Shown here: positions 38,539-52,186 of the stretch, in pieces
Numbering within the stretch: the first letter of the stretch is position 1
How the letters are laid out: each line of letters begins with the position of its first letter
Source of the DNA: Candidatus Arcticimaribacter sp.
Lineage (GTDB): Bacteria > Bacteroidota > Bacteroidia > Flavobacteriales > Flavobacteriaceae
Reading direction: 5' to 3'
NCBI GenBank assembly: GCA_965660155.1
Contig: CBFHYT010000006.1
Span: 1,174 to 65,173 of the forward strand
DNA length: 64,000 nucleotides
The notes under the pieces: model-generated
Database searches by the model: none
What the model was told of the DNA's origin: nothing
What the model saw: the letters and a program-made list of their open reading frames with translations, nothing else
Made by a program: the position numbers and the translations under genes

Positions 38539-39426
38539 CTACATGGACTGAGCCAATGTTTTGTGGGCCTCCAAAATTGAATGACTCAATTTAGAAGAAG
38601 CTTCGATCAAGGGAAGTCTTACGGAACATGAGCAAAGCCCAAGATGTTCGGATAATTTTTTAACCCCAGAGGGATTTCCCTCTTCAAAAATCAACTCAAT
38701 CAAACTTTTCATTTGATTTTGGTAGACTGTGGCGGCATCAACTTTTCCTTCCAATGCCAACCGAATCATTTGAGAAACTTGATTTGGAAGAGCACCTCCA
38801 ATAACTGAAATCACTCCAGAACCTCCTGATAAAACTACGGGTAAGGCTAATGCATCATCTCCAGAAATTACATGAAGTCCCTGTGGGGCAGTGTTTATGA
38901 GAGAAATTACAGACTCTAAATTACCAGTAGCATCTTTAATCCCAACGATGTTTGAAAAATTCTTTGCCAAACGAATAGTGGTTTCGTTACTGATAGAAAC
39001 CCCTGTCCGAGGAGGAACGTTGTACAAAATTATTGGTTTGGGTGAGGCTTCTGCTATGTGCTTAAAATGCTGATAAATCCCTTCTTGACTTGGGCGTGAG
39101 TAGTATGGACAAACGGACAAAACAGCCTCAAATGCTGTTAAGTCTGTATTTTTTACTGAAGAAACAACAGCAGTAGTATTGTTCCCTCCAATTCCCAAAA
39201 CCAATGGAACTCTGTTGTTATTGGTTTTTATTATTGTCTCCACAACTTGTTTGCGTTCTTGATCACTTAAGGTAGCCGTTTCTGCAGTTGTTCCCATTAC
39301 GACTACATAATCTATTCCTCCTCTGATAATGTACTCAAAAACATTAACCACGGCTTCTAAATCAACTTCGCCATCTTCCCTAAAGGGCGTAATCATGGCA
39401 ACTCCGGAACCTTTTAAAAATTTCAC
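38539..39426 (-). CDS. dapA: 4-hydroxy-tetrahydrodipicolinate synthase
   Basis: ITPF, GTTAE, LYNVPPRTG, GIKDA, SGDD; GTG start. Confidence 0.95.
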   Translation of the reverse strand: MKFLKGSGVAMITPFREDGEVDLEAVVNVFEYIIRGGIDYVVVMGTTAETATLSDQERKQVVETIIKTNNNRVPLVLGIGGNNTTAVVSSVKNTDLTAFEAVLSVCPYYSRPSQEGIYQHFKHIAEASPKPIILYNVPPRTGVSISNETTIRLAKNFSNIVGIKDATGNLESVISLINTAPQGLHVISGDDALALPVVLSGGSGVISVIGGALPNQVSQMIRLALEGKVDAATVYQNQMKSLIELIFEEGNPSGVKKLSEHLGLCSCSVRLPLIEASSKLSHSILEAHKTLAQSM

Positions 39427-39936
39427 CTAAATTTTATTTAAAATCGTCATGTACTTTATCAACTCCTTTTTAAAGGTAATCTTATCAGTAGGATCAATAT
39501 CAAAAACGACATCATTAACCCTGGGGTCTGCCCCCCTAAAACCGACACTTAACCTATGATCTGTTCGGATGCTTACAAGCGAAAAAAGAAGGTTTGTTGT
39601 ATTGTAATAATTGATTATCAAATCATAATCCCCTTTGCAAAAGTCCAATAGTTCTCCTTTAAAGCCACTCCAATAGTTTACTTCTTTTGTGTTGAGGATT
39701 TGGTTGTATTGATTATCTAATTGAGAGTTATTACCAAATAAAAATAAACTCAGTTGAAACTCTGGAATATTAAAATCATTTGAAAGTCTAAGAAAAAATT
39801 CACTTTCAATTCCAATACTTGCATCAATGAGAATGGCAATTTTTTGAACCTTAAATGATTCCTTAAGTTTACGTGAGGATAACCTCCTGTTCAACTCTTT
39901 TTCAAAAACTCGTTTACGCCAAAAATTTTGAATCAA
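39427..39936 (-). CDS. conserved hypothetical protein (DUF6913-like)
   Basis: YDLIINY and ELIKYMTILNK motifs; conserved position upstream of dapA. Confidence 0.6.
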   Translation of the reverse strand: MIQNFWRKRVFEKELNRRLSSRKLKESFKVQKIAILIDASIGIESEFFLRLSNDFNIPEFQLSLFLFGNNSQLDNQYNQILNTKEVNYWSGFKGELLDFCKGDYDLIINYYNTTNLLFSLVSIRTDHRLSVGFRGADPRVNDVVFDIDPTDKITFKKELIKYMTILNKI

Positions 39937-40023
39937 ACCCTATAATATTTTGAATTACAAAAATACCAAAACTCGAGAACCATCATAATAAAAAAGTGTT
40001 TTTGTTAAAAAGAAACTTAATTG

Positions 40024-42874
<2,851 letters not shown>

Positions 42875-42878
<4 letters not shown>

Positions 42879-43363
42879 TTAAGCTTTTTAATTAACCAAA
42901 CATTACAAGAAGTGTGCCCTGTTGAACCCATAGGATGATCAATGTATTCAAATCCTTTTTTTAAGTAAAGCTTTTGAGCAGCTTTCATGTAAGGCAGTGT
43001 TTCAATGTAACACATGTCAAAATCTTGTTCTTTAGCGTAATTCAAACAATGATCTATCATTTTTTCACCGAGAGCCTTTCCTCTAGCTTCAGGCAAAAAA
43101 TACATCTTCTGTAATTCACATACACTTCTCTTTCCACCTTGTAAGGGCGATATTCCTGCCCCTCCAGTAACGCATCCATTTTCTTCTAACACAAAATAAG
43201 CGGACTTTTCTTTCAAATAAGCTTGATACATAAAGTCAAGTTCAGGATCCGCATAAGCTGTTCCTACTTTGGGAACACCAATTTCGAGAAGAACTAGCCT
43301 TATTACCTTGGCCAGTGATGAATTGTCTTTTTCTAAAACTTCTCTTATTATTGTATCCTTCAT
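42875..43363 (-). CDS. GNAT family N-acetyltransferase (YjgM-like)
   Basis: CELQKMYFLPEARGK, AQKLY..GF, GSTGH..C. Confidence 0.85.
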
Positions 43364-43418
43364 TTAATACTTTAGTATTTTTACACTTTCTAAAAATAAT
43401 ACTATTTCATTTCTTGAC

Positions 43419-44480
43419 ATGAATAAAAAAGATCCGATTCACATAAAATTTATGCAACGCTGTTTGGATCTTGCTTCATTAGGTCTTGGACAAACCTATC
43501 CCAACCCTCTTGTGGGTTGTGTTCTTGTACACAAAGAAAAAATAGTAAGTGAAGGTTGGCACCAAAAAAAAGGGGAAGCCCATGCTGAGGTTCATGCGAT
43601 CCAAAATCTTAAAGACAAATCCATACTCAATCAATGCACTTTGTATGTAAATTTGGAGCCCTGCAATCACTATGGAGCAACTCCTCCTTGTAGTGATTTG
43701 ATTATCTCATCAAAGATCCCAAAAGTTGTTGTCGGATGTTCTGATCCTTTTGAGAAGGTCAATGGTAAAGGAATTGAAAGATTAAAAGCTAATGGATGTG
43801 AGGTGATTTTTGGAGTACTTGAGAAAGAAGCAAAGGAGTTGAACAAACGTTTTTTTACCTATCATCTCAAAAAAAGACCGTACATAATACTCAAATGGGC
43901 AGAAAGTTCAGATGGTTTCATAGCTCCACTTAAAATAAATCGAATGCCCAAAGAACCCTTTTGGCTCTCCAATGAAACTTCAAAATTACATTCTCATTTG
44001 TGGAGGTCTCAGGAACAAAGTATCCTTGTTGGAGTGCAGACTGTAATTGATGACGATCCCAAACTAACCAATAGAAAAGTAAAAGGAAGCTCACCACTCA
44101 GGATTGTAATTGACTTAAATGACAGAATACCAAAAAATTCAATTCTGCTCAATGATGAAAACCCTACTCTGATATTTTCATCTAAAAAAAAGGTTTCAAA
44201 TAAAGAAATTGTAGTTTCTGATCCCAAAAATGTATTGCAAAAAATAATGTCTGTATTGTTTGAGAGGAACATTCAATCTTTAATTGTTGAGGGAGGGACA
44301 AAAACCATTCAAAAATTTATTGATCAAAATCTTTGGGATGAAGCCCGAACTTTCATTTCCACAAAAAAAATTAATGATGGGGTTAAAAGTCCTCTTTTAA
44401 ATAATGTTATTGAAAATAGAATTCATCTTGAAAAAGATGAATTACAAATTTCTACTCCTTCCCGAAAAAAAGAATTTTAA
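43419..44480 (+). CDS. ribD: riboflavin biosynthesis deaminase/reductase
   Basis: PNPLVG, HAE, LEPCNHYGATPPC, VEGG. Confidence 0.95.
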   Translation: MNKKDPIHIKFMQRCLDLASLGLGQTYPNPLVGCVLVHKEKIVSEGWHQKKGEAHAEVHAIQNLKDKSILNQCTLYVNLEPCNHYGATPPCSDLIISSKIPKVVVGCSDPFEKVNGKGIERLKANGCEVIFGVLEKEAKELNKRFFTYHLKKRPYIILKWAESSDGFIAPLKINRMPKEPFWLSNETSKLHSHLWRSQEQSILVGVQTVIDDDPKLTNRKVKGSSPLRIVIDLNDRIPKNSILLNDENPTLIFSSKKKVSNKEIVVSDPKNVLQKIMSVLFERNIQSLIVEGGTKTIQKFIDQNLWDEARTFISTKKINDGVKSPLLNNVIENRIHLEKDELQISTPSRKKEF

Positions 44481-44859
44481 CCTTTTCTGGACAGCGCATG
44501 GGTTTTCTGGTTTTTGAATTTAAAAATGCCAAAGTTGTTTCTCCTAAACACACAATCTGATCGTTTTGGTTTTTTATCAAATAAGAAAATTTCATCTTTA
44601 CTTTTGGAACTTCCTCCAAATTAACTTCCACAATAAGTTTGTCTTCAAAAAGTGCTGGTGTCTTGTAGGATAAGTTTACCTCAATAACAGGCATAATAAT
44701 TCCTTCTTGCTCCATCAGCTTGTATGACACCCCAAGTTGGCTAAGCCACTCAAGTCTAGCGACTTCGAAATATCGTAAGTAGTTGCTGTGATGAACGATC
44801 CCCATCTGATCGGTTTCCCCGTACCGTACAAGGATTGGTTTTGAAACAAATTTATTCAC
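44452..44859 (-). CDS. acyl-CoA thioesterase (YbgC/FadM family)
   Basis: VRYGETDQMGIVHHSNY..FEVAR. Confidence 0.88.
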   Translation of the reverse strand: MNKFVSKPILVRYGETDQMGIVHHSNYLRYFEVARLEWLSQLGVSYKLMEQEGIIMPVIEVNLSYKTPALFEDKLIVEVNLEEVPKVKMKFSYLIKNQNDQIVCLGETTLAFLNSKTRKPMRCPEKVKILFFGKE

Positions 44860-45027
44860 TAGTCAAATTTTAATGCGCTCTATTTTCATTCTATAAACTC
44901 CGAAAAAAAAAATTAAAAATCAATAGCAAAACTACTTTTTTTTTTAAAAAAAAGGATTAATATTTGTAATGTAGTTGTCTAGTTAGAAATTACAACATTA
45001 AACCTTTTTTTTTGAGTACCAATATTG

Positions 45028-46455
45028 ATGCAAAAGACTGCACTTTCTTCATGGAATAATTGTTTGTCCTTCATAAAGGACAACATTCAACCACAAGCTT
45101 ACAAAACTTGGTTTGAACCCATAGTACCTCTAAAGCTCAGCGAAAAAGCATTGAGTATTCAAGTTCCTAGTAAATTTTTTTACGAGTGGCTTGAAGAGCA
45201 TTATGTTAAACTACTCAAAATAGCCTTAACTCAAGAACTTGGAGAAGATGCTCGTTTGGTTTATGTAATCAAAATGGAAAACACCACAGGCAGCAAACAA
45301 CCCTTCACAGAAAGTATTCCTAGTTCTCAACAATCTCATGTCCTCGCTCAAAATGTAGAAGCACCGTTGAGCACATTGAGTACAGAACTGAAAAATCCCT
45401 TCGTTATTCCAGGTATTCGAAATTTACAAATCGAATCTCAACTAAATCCAAACTACAATTTCAACAATTTTCTTGAGGGAGATTCGAATCGCTTAGCCCG
45501 ATCTGCTGGATTTGCAGTCGCAAACAAACCGGGAGGGACTTCGTTCAATCCCCTTCTAATATTTGGAAACGTAGGCTTGGGTAAAACACACTTAGCTCAT
45601 GCCATAGGTGTTCAGATAAAAGAAAAATACGCTAACAAAACAGTACTTTACATTTCAGCTGAAAAGTTTACTCAGCAATACATTGAATCGGTAAAAAAGA
45701 ATAATCGAAATGATTTTATTCATTTTTATCAAATTATCGACGTATTAATTATTGACGATGTACAGTTCCTTTCAGGAAAAACAGGAACACAAGATGTTTT
45801 TTTTCACATTTTCAATCACTTACATCAAAACGGCAAGCAAGTAATTCTTACCTCAGACAAAGCACCCGTTGATATGCAGGATATTGAGCAGCGCTTACTT
45901 TCGAGGTTTAAATGGGGACTTTCTGCCGAACTACAACCCCCTGATTTTGAAACTCGCATATCCATACTTAAGAACAAACTCTACCGTGATGGCGTAGTAA
46001 TTGAGGAACCAATTATTGAGTATGTTGCAAAAAACATCAAATCAAATATTAGAGAACTTGAAGGTGCTATCATTTCACTCATTGCACAATCGTCTTTCAA
46101 CAAAGTGGAAATCACAATTGAATTAGCAAAAGAGATTGTCGAAAAGTTTGTAAAACACACCAAACGTGAAGTTTCTATTGATTACATACAAAAAGTAGTT
46201 TCAGAATACTTCCAAATGGATGTTGAAACCCTTCAATCAAAAACAAGAAAACGACACATTGTTCAAGCCAGACAACTGGCAATGTATTTTGCGAAAAAAT
46301 ACACCAAAGCTTCTTTAGCAAGCATAGGGAGTCAAATCGGTAAAAGAGATCACGCAACTGTTTTGCACGCTTGTAAAACAGTAGACAACCTTACCTTTAC
46401 TGATAAACAATTCAGGAAGTACGTAGAAGACCTCAATCAAAAACTAACCTTGTAA
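45028..46455 (+). CDS. dnaA: chromosomal replication initiator
   Basis: FNPLLIFGNVGLGKTHL, IDDVQFL, SRFKWGL, RELEGA, RDHATVLHA. Confidence 0.97.
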   Translation: MQKTALSSWNNCLSFIKDNIQPQAYKTWFEPIVPLKLSEKALSIQVPSKFFYEWLEEHYVKLLKIALTQELGEDARLVYVIKMENTTGSKQPFTESIPSSQQSHVLAQNVEAPLSTLSTELKNPFVIPGIRNLQIESQLNPNYNFNNFLEGDSNRLARSAGFAVANKPGGTSFNPLLIFGNVGLGKTHLAHAIGVQIKEKYANKTVLYISAEKFTQQYIESVKKNNRNDFIHFYQIIDVLIIDDVQFLSGKTGTQDVFFHIFNHLHQNGKQVILTSDKAPVDMQDIEQRLLSRFKWGLSAELQPPDFETRISILKNKLYRDGVVIEEPIIEYVAKNIKSNIRELEGAIISLIAQSSFNKVEITIELAKEIVEKFVKHTKREVSIDYIQKVVSEYFQMDVETLQSKTRKRHIVQARQLAMYFAKKYTKASLASIGSQIGKRDHATVLHACKTVDNLTFTDKQFRKYVEDLNQKLTL

Positions 46456-46465
46456 GTTCTGGTTG

Positions 46466-46909
46466 ATGGCGAAAGGAAATGTTCTTATGGTTTGCCTAGG
46501 GAATATTTGCAGGTCTCCTTTAGCTCATGGAATTTTTGAACAACTCTCAAAAGAATTTTCTATTACTGTTGATTCTGCAGGTACAGCTAGTTACCATATT
46601 GGAAGTTCGCCTGATCCAAGAAGTATCAAAACCGCTATGAAACACGGTATCGACATCAGTAATCAAAGAGCAAGACAATTTACCAAATCAGATTTTGATG
46701 CATTTGACCACATTTTTGTAATGGATCGACAAAACCTAAGAGATGTTTTAAAGTTATCACAATTAGAAGTAGAGAGAAATAAGGTGAAATTGTTATTGAA
46801 AAATGAAGAGGTTGAAGATCCTTATTACGGAGGTGATGAGGGTTTTGAAATTGTTTTTAATAAAATCGAAAAAGCCTCAAAAGATATTTTAGATTCATGG
46901 AAACAATAG
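46466..46909 (+). CDS. low molecular weight protein-tyrosine phosphatase
   Basis: VCLGNICRSP, DSAGT, DPYY. Confidence 0.93.
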   Translation: MAKGNVLMVCLGNICRSPLAHGIFEQLSKEFSITVDSAGTASYHIGSSPDPRSIKTAMKHGIDISNQRARQFTKSDFDAFDHIFVMDRQNLRDVLKLSQLEVERNKVKLLLKNEEVEDPYYGGDEGFEIVFNKIEKASKDILDSWKQ

Positions 46910-47640
46910 ATGAACCCTCTGATCGAGGAATTTTGTACCTAATACCATCTCCATTAGGCGATAATGCTCCTATGGAGGTACTCCCCTTAACAGTAAGAAA
47001 GGTAATTGAAAACATCGATCACTTTATTGTTGAAAATGAAAAGGATGCTAGACGTTTTATTAAAAGAATTTGTCCGAAAAAAGATCAAGGAGGTCTTCAT
47101 CTCTACCCCTTAAACAAATTTACCCCAATCGAAGAAATCCTAACCTACCTTGAACCCACAATAGAAGGTATTTCAATGGGGGTGATTTCTGACGCAGGAT
47201 GCCCAGGAATTGCAGACCCAGGGGCAGAAATTGTAAAAATGGCTCATCGCAAAAACGTTACTGTCCAACCTTTGGTGGGTCCTACCTCTATTCTATTGGC
47301 GCTAATGAGCTCAGGACTAAATGGTCAAAACTTTGCTTTCAATGGATATTTACCTATTGATAAGTTAAAAAGAAAAAAAGAGATAAAGAGCTTAGAAAAA
47401 AAATCTTTTGACTACAATCAATCACAGCTTTTCATAGAAACCCCTTACAGAAACGATCAATTATTTTCTGATTTACTCAAAACCCTAGACAGGAATACCG
47501 AAATTTGCATTGCCTGTGACCTCTCACTTCCAACAGAATACATAAAAACACATACGGTAAAAGAGTGGGAAAAATTAAAAATATCCCTGCATAAACGACC
47601 AGCAATTTTTATTATCAGCAAAGACCCGCTATCGGAATAA
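46897..47640 (+). CDS. RsmI-like tetrapyrrole/SAM-dependent methyltransferase
   Basis: LYLIPSPLG, SDAGCPGIADPG, FIETPYRN. Confidence 0.8.
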   Translation: METIDEPSDRGILYLIPSPLGDNAPMEVLPLTVRKVIENIDHFIVENEKDARRFIKRICPKKDQGGLHLYPLNKFTPIEEILTYLEPTIEGISMGVISDAGCPGIADPGAEIVKMAHRKNVTVQPLVGPTSILLALMSSGLNGQNFAFNGYLPIDKLKRKKEIKSLEKKSFDYNQSQLFIETPYRNDQLFSDLLKTLDRNTEICIACDLSLPTEYIKTHTVKEWEKLKISLHKRPAIFIISKDPLSE

Positions 47641-48672
47641 TCTTTGACTATTGATCCACCTGTGGTAAATTCTACTGTTGCGAATATGCGCTGTGTACGT
47701 TCTGGCAAAGGTATGGTAACCCGGTTCTTTTGGGTTAGCAACAAAATACAAATAATTATGTGTTTCGGGATTCAAAACAGCTTTTATGGATGAAAAATCG
47801 GGCATAGTAATAGGCCCTGGTGGAACACCTTTATTTTTGTATGTATTGTAGGGAGAAACTATTTTTAAATCTTTCCTTAAAACTCTTCTAATTATGGTGT
47901 CAAAATTTTGATATTTTTCCCTTAAGGAATAAACGACAGTAGGATCTGCATCCAGATTCATTCTTTTTTTCAGACGATTGAGGTAAACTCCAGCAATTTT
48001 TTTTCGCTCATCGACCTTTGCCGTTTCTTTTTGAACAATCGCTGCCAAAGAAATTACTTCTATTGGACTAAGGTTTAACGCTTTGGCCTTTTCTATTCGC
48101 TCCAAATTCCAAAAAAGTTTGTACTCTTTCAACATTCTATCTCTAAAACCTTTAGGGCTTGTGTTCCAAAAAAAATCGTATGAATTTGGAAGATACATTG
48201 AAAGTGCAGACTTTTCATTAAAACCATTTGACTTGAGAAATTTAGTGTCTCGAAAAGCATTCAATAATGATAAGCTGTCTGGAGCTATTTGTTGGGCAAC
48301 TCTTCCAGCCAAATTTTCTAGCCGCTCTTGGTTGTTAAAAATGACTCTAACGGGTGCACTGTCACCTCTTAAAACATTTACTATTTCATGGTTGTTCAAT
48401 CCTTTTTTCAAAACAAACTTACCTCCTTTGATTCTGAGATTATAACCTTTTTTTTGTGCAGCAATCTTGAAGTCATCTACTGAAATTAGTAAATTTTCCA
48501 ATTCATTTACAACATCTTGAAAACGAAATTCATTTTCGATAAAAACATAGGATTCCTCATTAGAAAAAGCTGTGTTGGGTTTAAAAAAAATCCGGTAGAA
48601 AGAATAGGTAAAGAATAAACCAATACCCATTCCAAGGATTACAATAAAAGTGATTATTCTTTTTCTATTCAT
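47629..48672 (-). CDS. mltG: endolytic transglycosylase MltG
   Basis: N-terminal TM, AAIVQKET, LDADPT, SPYNTY..GVPPGPI, YLYFV. Confidence 0.93.
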   Translation of the reverse strand: MNRKRIITFIVILGMGIGLFFTYSFYRIFFKPNTAFSNEESYVFIENEFRFQDVVNELENLLISVDDFKIAAQKKGYNLRIKGGKFVLKKGLNNHEIVNVLRGDSAPVRVIFNNQERLENLAGRVAQQIAPDSLSLLNAFRDTKFLKSNGFNEKSALSMYLPNSYDFFWNTSPKGFRDRMLKEYKLFWNLERIEKAKALNLSPIEVISLAAIVQKETAKVDERKKIAGVYLNRLKKRMNLDADPTVVYSLREKYQNFDTIIRRVLRKDLKIVSPYNTYKNKGVPPGPITMPDFSSIKAVLNPETHNYLYFVANPKEPGYHTFARTYTAHIRNSRIYHRWINSQRLFR

Positions 48673-49174
48673 TTATTTTTTTTTGAAGTAAGATCGTATC
48701 GGTGTGATCACTTTCTTGAAGTTTTTTCTTTTCATCAATTTCTTCTTCAAAACTAGCTGCTTTAAATAAAGCTCTACTTGGAACATTTTCTTTGCCAACA
48801 CGGGCATAAAGTTGGCACAAATTTAATTGATTAACTGCATATTTTTGAAGTAATTTTAATCCTATTTTACCGAAGCCTTTTCTCCTCCACTCATTTGCAA
48901 TCACAATACCTATACTTGCGGTTGCATTCTGATGATCATAATCAAACAAATCAATCAAACCATAAATATTGGTTTCACTATCAACCAAAACAAAACGTTG
49001 CTGCTTGACCTCAAAAATATCTTCTCTTGAATTTTCTATGTGAGCTTGTAGAACAGCTTTAGAATAAGGTTCTTTGGTATTTGAATATTTCCACAAACTC
49101 TCATCATTCTCTATTCTAAATAAAAAATCAATATCACTAGGCTCCAGAGATCGAAGACTTAAAGTTGGATTCAA
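48665..49174 (-). CDS. GNAT family N-acetyltransferase (RimJ/SpeG-like)
   Basis: LRSLEPSD, GLIDLFD, RRKGFG. Confidence 0.8.
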   Translation of the reverse strand: MNPTLSLRSLEPSDIDFLFRIENDESLWKYSNTKEPYSKAVLQAHIENSREDIFEVKQQRFVLVDSETNIYGLIDLFDYDHQNATASIGIVIANEWRRKGFGKIGLKLLQKYAVNQLNLCQLYARVGKENVPSRALFKAASFEEEIDEKKKLQESDHTDTILLQKKINE

Positions 49175-49176
49175 TG

Positions 49177-49956
49177 TTAAAAATTTAAAGTTCCTGAATA
49201 CACTTGCTCAGCAGGGCCCGAAAGAAAAATATTTTGGTAACCCTTTTCTGTGGGTTCAAACTCAATTCCCAAGGTTCCGCCTTCAACTTCAACAACAACT
49301 TGAGTTGCAGTAGTTTTTTTATTAAAATGCATCACAACAGCAACTGCTGTTGCACCCGTACCGCACGAAAGTGTTTCGTTTTCAACCCCGCGTTCATAAG
49401 TTCTTATTGCAAATTTATTTTCTGAAATTTGTTCTACAAAATTAACATTAGATCCAGCTTCATAATAAGGTTCTCCCTCACGAATTCGCTTTCCATTTTC
49501 ATAAACATTGTATTGTTTCAAATCGTTTACCATTTGAACATGATGAGGAGATCCCGTATCCAAAAAACTGTGTGTTTTAAAATTTTTAATATCAAATACA
49601 TCATGCATTTGTAAGGAGATAATACCAGATTCAATTCGAGCATAATGAAGTCCATCAGAAGCTTCAAATGTTGTATTATCCATAATACATCCGAGGTGTT
49701 TAGCAAAAGCTACAGTGCATCGAGCTCCGTTACCACAGAAAGAACCTAAATTCCCGTCTGCATTAAAATAAACCATTTTAAAATCGCTGCTGGAACTATT
49801 TTGCAATAAAATCAAACCATCTGATCCAATTCCAAATCTTCGATCACAAAGTCTTTTGATCAATGAAATATTCTCCTTAGGAAAGGTGTTAGAACGATCG
49901 TCTATAAAAATAAAATCATTTCCTGTTCCTTGATACTTAAAAAAAAACTGTTCCAT
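49177..49956 (-). CDS. dapF: diaminopimelate epimerase
   Basis: KYQGTGNDF, FCGNGARC, TYERGVENETLSCGTG; ATG 49956. Confidence 0.95.
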   Translation of the reverse strand: MEQFFFKYQGTGNDFIFIDDRSNTFPKENISLIKRLCDRRFGIGSDGLILLQNSSSSDFKMVYFNADGNLGSFCGNGARCTVAFAKHLGCIMDNTTFEASDGLHYARIESGIISLQMHDVFDIKNFKTHSFLDTGSPHHVQMVNDLKQYNVYENGKRIREGEPYYEAGSNVNFVEQISENKFAIRTYERGVENETLSCGTGATAVAVVMHFNKKTTATQVVVEVEGGTLGIEFEPTEKGYQNIFLSGPAEQVYSGTLNF

Positions 49957-50065
49957 ATTATCCACAAATCTACACAATATTTTTTGTAAAAATTGATGTT
50001 AAAAACACGTTAAACCACTTTAGACAATAGAAACACTTTTTTAATTTTGAAAAAAAATAAAACTT

Positions 50066-51430
50066 ATGAAAACAATCTTAAAACTCAGTTTAGTATCTTT
50101 AATAAGTTCAGGATTTACGATTGTGTTATTCATTTCTTTTTATGACACAAAGCCAGTTGAATCTGAAACTACACCTGTAATCCCTGTGACCTTTTCATCA
50201 AATATTGGGAATTCTTCAATCGCTCCAACAGATTTTGTAGTTGCAGCTAATAACAGCATTGAAGCAGTAGTTCATGTCAAAAACACTTCAAAAGGTGACT
50301 ATGGGAACGATTATTTAAATTATTTCTTGGGAGTTGATGATCGTCCGCGGGTCGGAACTGGATCTGGTGTAATCGTATCACCAGATGGCTACATCATGAC
50401 TAACAATCATGTAATAGAAAATGCGACAACTCTAGAAGTGACAACAAATGACAACAAACGATTTCAAGCTACTCTGATTGCAACTGACCCAACCACAGAT
50501 ATCGCTGTTTTAAAAATAGAAACCAACAAACCGCTTCCTTATCTTTACTTTGGAGATTCTGATCAAACTAAAATTGGAGAATGGGTATTAGCAATTGGAA
50601 ATCCATTTAATTTAAATTCAACAGTAACCGCAGGAATTATTAGTGCAAAATCAAGAGATTTGAATAAAGGAGATCAAAAAAATCAATCCTTCATTCAAAC
50701 CGATGCTGCAGTAAACATGGGAAACAGTGGCGGGGCCCTGGTTAATACAAAGGGAGAACTCATAGGGATCAACACGGCTATTACCTCAATGAGTGGCGGA
50801 TTTCAAGGCTACTCCTTTGCTGTACCAAGTAATATTGCTCGAAAAGTTTTTGAAGATCTTGTAGAATACGGAAGTGTCCAAAAAGGATTGATTGGTATTT
50901 TTGGAACACCAGTTACTCCAGACCTAGTAAATTCAGAAGGTTTAGATATTTTAGAGGGAGTATTCATCATTGACATTCAAAAAGGCATGGGTGCAGAAAA
51001 AGCTGGTTTAAAGGAAGAAGATATTATCACTGTAGTAGATGATATTAAAATTAAAAGTTTTTCGGACCTAACTGGTTACCTTGAAAGCAAACATCCAGGA
51101 GATAAAGTTACTGTAGAATACTACAGAAATGGAAAAGTTAATAACACTGTGATCACTTTGAATGTAATCAATCAAACAGATTTTCTCCGAATGACTTTAC
51201 AGAATATCAGTAAAGAAGAAAAAAAGAAAATGAATTTGAAATATGGCTTGCGTGTAGTAGATTCAGGTGATTACATGACAGAACTAAACCCAGAATCTGT
51301 ACTTCTTGAGGTTAACGATAATCCCTTGTACTCAATTGATGATTTAAGACAGTACAACTACAATAACATTCGTAATATTGAATACCTAAATCCAGAGGGA
51401 GAAAAAGAACGTATTTCGTTCCGAAGATAA
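50066..51430 (+). CDS. htrA: HtrA/DegP-family serine protease with PDZ domains
   Basis: GSGVI, TNNHV, DIAVL, TDAAVNMGNSGG. Confidence 0.88.
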   Translation: MKTILKLSLVSLISSGFTIVLFISFYDTKPVESETTPVIPVTFSSNIGNSSIAPTDFVVAANNSIEAVVHVKNTSKGDYGNDYLNYFLGVDDRPRVGTGSGVIVSPDGYIMTNNHVIENATTLEVTTNDNKRFQATLIATDPTTDIAVLKIETNKPLPYLYFGDSDQTKIGEWVLAIGNPFNLNSTVTAGIISAKSRDLNKGDQKNQSFIQTDAAVNMGNSGGALVNTKGELIGINTAITSMSGGFQGYSFAVPSNIARKVFEDLVEYGSVQKGLIGIFGTPVTPDLVNSEGLDILEGVFIIDIQKGMGAEKAGLKEEDIITVVDDIKIKSFSDLTGYLESKHPGDKVTVEYYRNGKVNNTVITLNVINQTDFLRMTLQNISKEEKKKMNLKYGLRVVDSGDYMTELNPESVLLEVNDNPLYSIDDLRQYNYNNIRNIEYLNPEGEKERISFRR

Positions 51431-51508
51431 ACCTGTTTCTTAGTGCAATAGAAATAAATTGTTCTAAAAGAAATTAAAAATTGCATCTTTGTTTTCTAAA
51501 ACACAATC

Positions 51509-52186
51509 ATGCGAATTGATATTATTACCCTTTTTCCTGAACTCCTAAAAAGTCCTTTTGAGGTTTCTATCGTAAAGCGGGCTATTGAGGGTAAAAAAGT
51601 AAATGTTTTTTTTCATGACTTAAGAGACTACACGACAACAAAATACAAACAGGTTGATGATGCACCCTTTGGAGGAGGAGCGGGTATGGTAATGATGATT
51701 GAACCCATTGATAAATGTATTTCAAAACTCAAAGAGGAGCGTAAATACGATGACATCATTTACATGACTCCCGACGGGGAACAGTTGAATCAAAAAATTT
51801 CAAATGAATGTTCTCTAAAAGAAAACCTAATAATTCTTTGTGGTCATTACAAAGGAGTAGATCATCGGGTAAGAGACCATTTCATCACAAGAGAAATTTC
51901 TATTGGAGAGTTTGTCTTATCAGGAGGAGAACTTGCTGCGGCTGTTTTTTGTGACAGTATCATTCGACTAATCCCTGGAGTTTTAGGGGACGAATCTTCT
52001 GCCCTAAGCGACAGCTACCAGGACAATCTTTTGGCTCCTCCCATTTACACTCGCCCAGCTAATTACAAAGGTTGGGAAGTTCCTTCTATTCTTACCTCTG
52101 GAAATACACCAAAAGTTGAACAATGGAGAGAGGAACAAGCTTTAAAAAGAACAAAACATTTGCGACCTGATCTTTTAAACGATTAA
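51509..52186 (+). CDS. trmD: tRNA (guanine-N1)-methyltransferase
   Basis: [30 protein letters not shown]. Confidence 0.96.
   Translation: MRIDIITLFPELLKSPFEVSIVKRAIEGKKVNVFFHDLRDYTTTKYKQVDDAPFGGGAGMVMMIEPIDKCISKLKEERKYDDIIYMTPDGEQLNQKISNECSLKENLIILCGHYKGVDHRVRDHFITREISIGEFVLSGGELAAAVFCDSIIRLIPGVLGDESSALSDSYQDNLLAPPIYTRPANYKGWEVPSILTSGNTPKVEQWREEQALKRTKHLRPDLLND

Noticed and set aside
44860-45027. oriC upstream of dnaA
   Set aside because: AT-rich, but no recognisable DnaA-box cluster, and dnaA is not linked to dnaN here.
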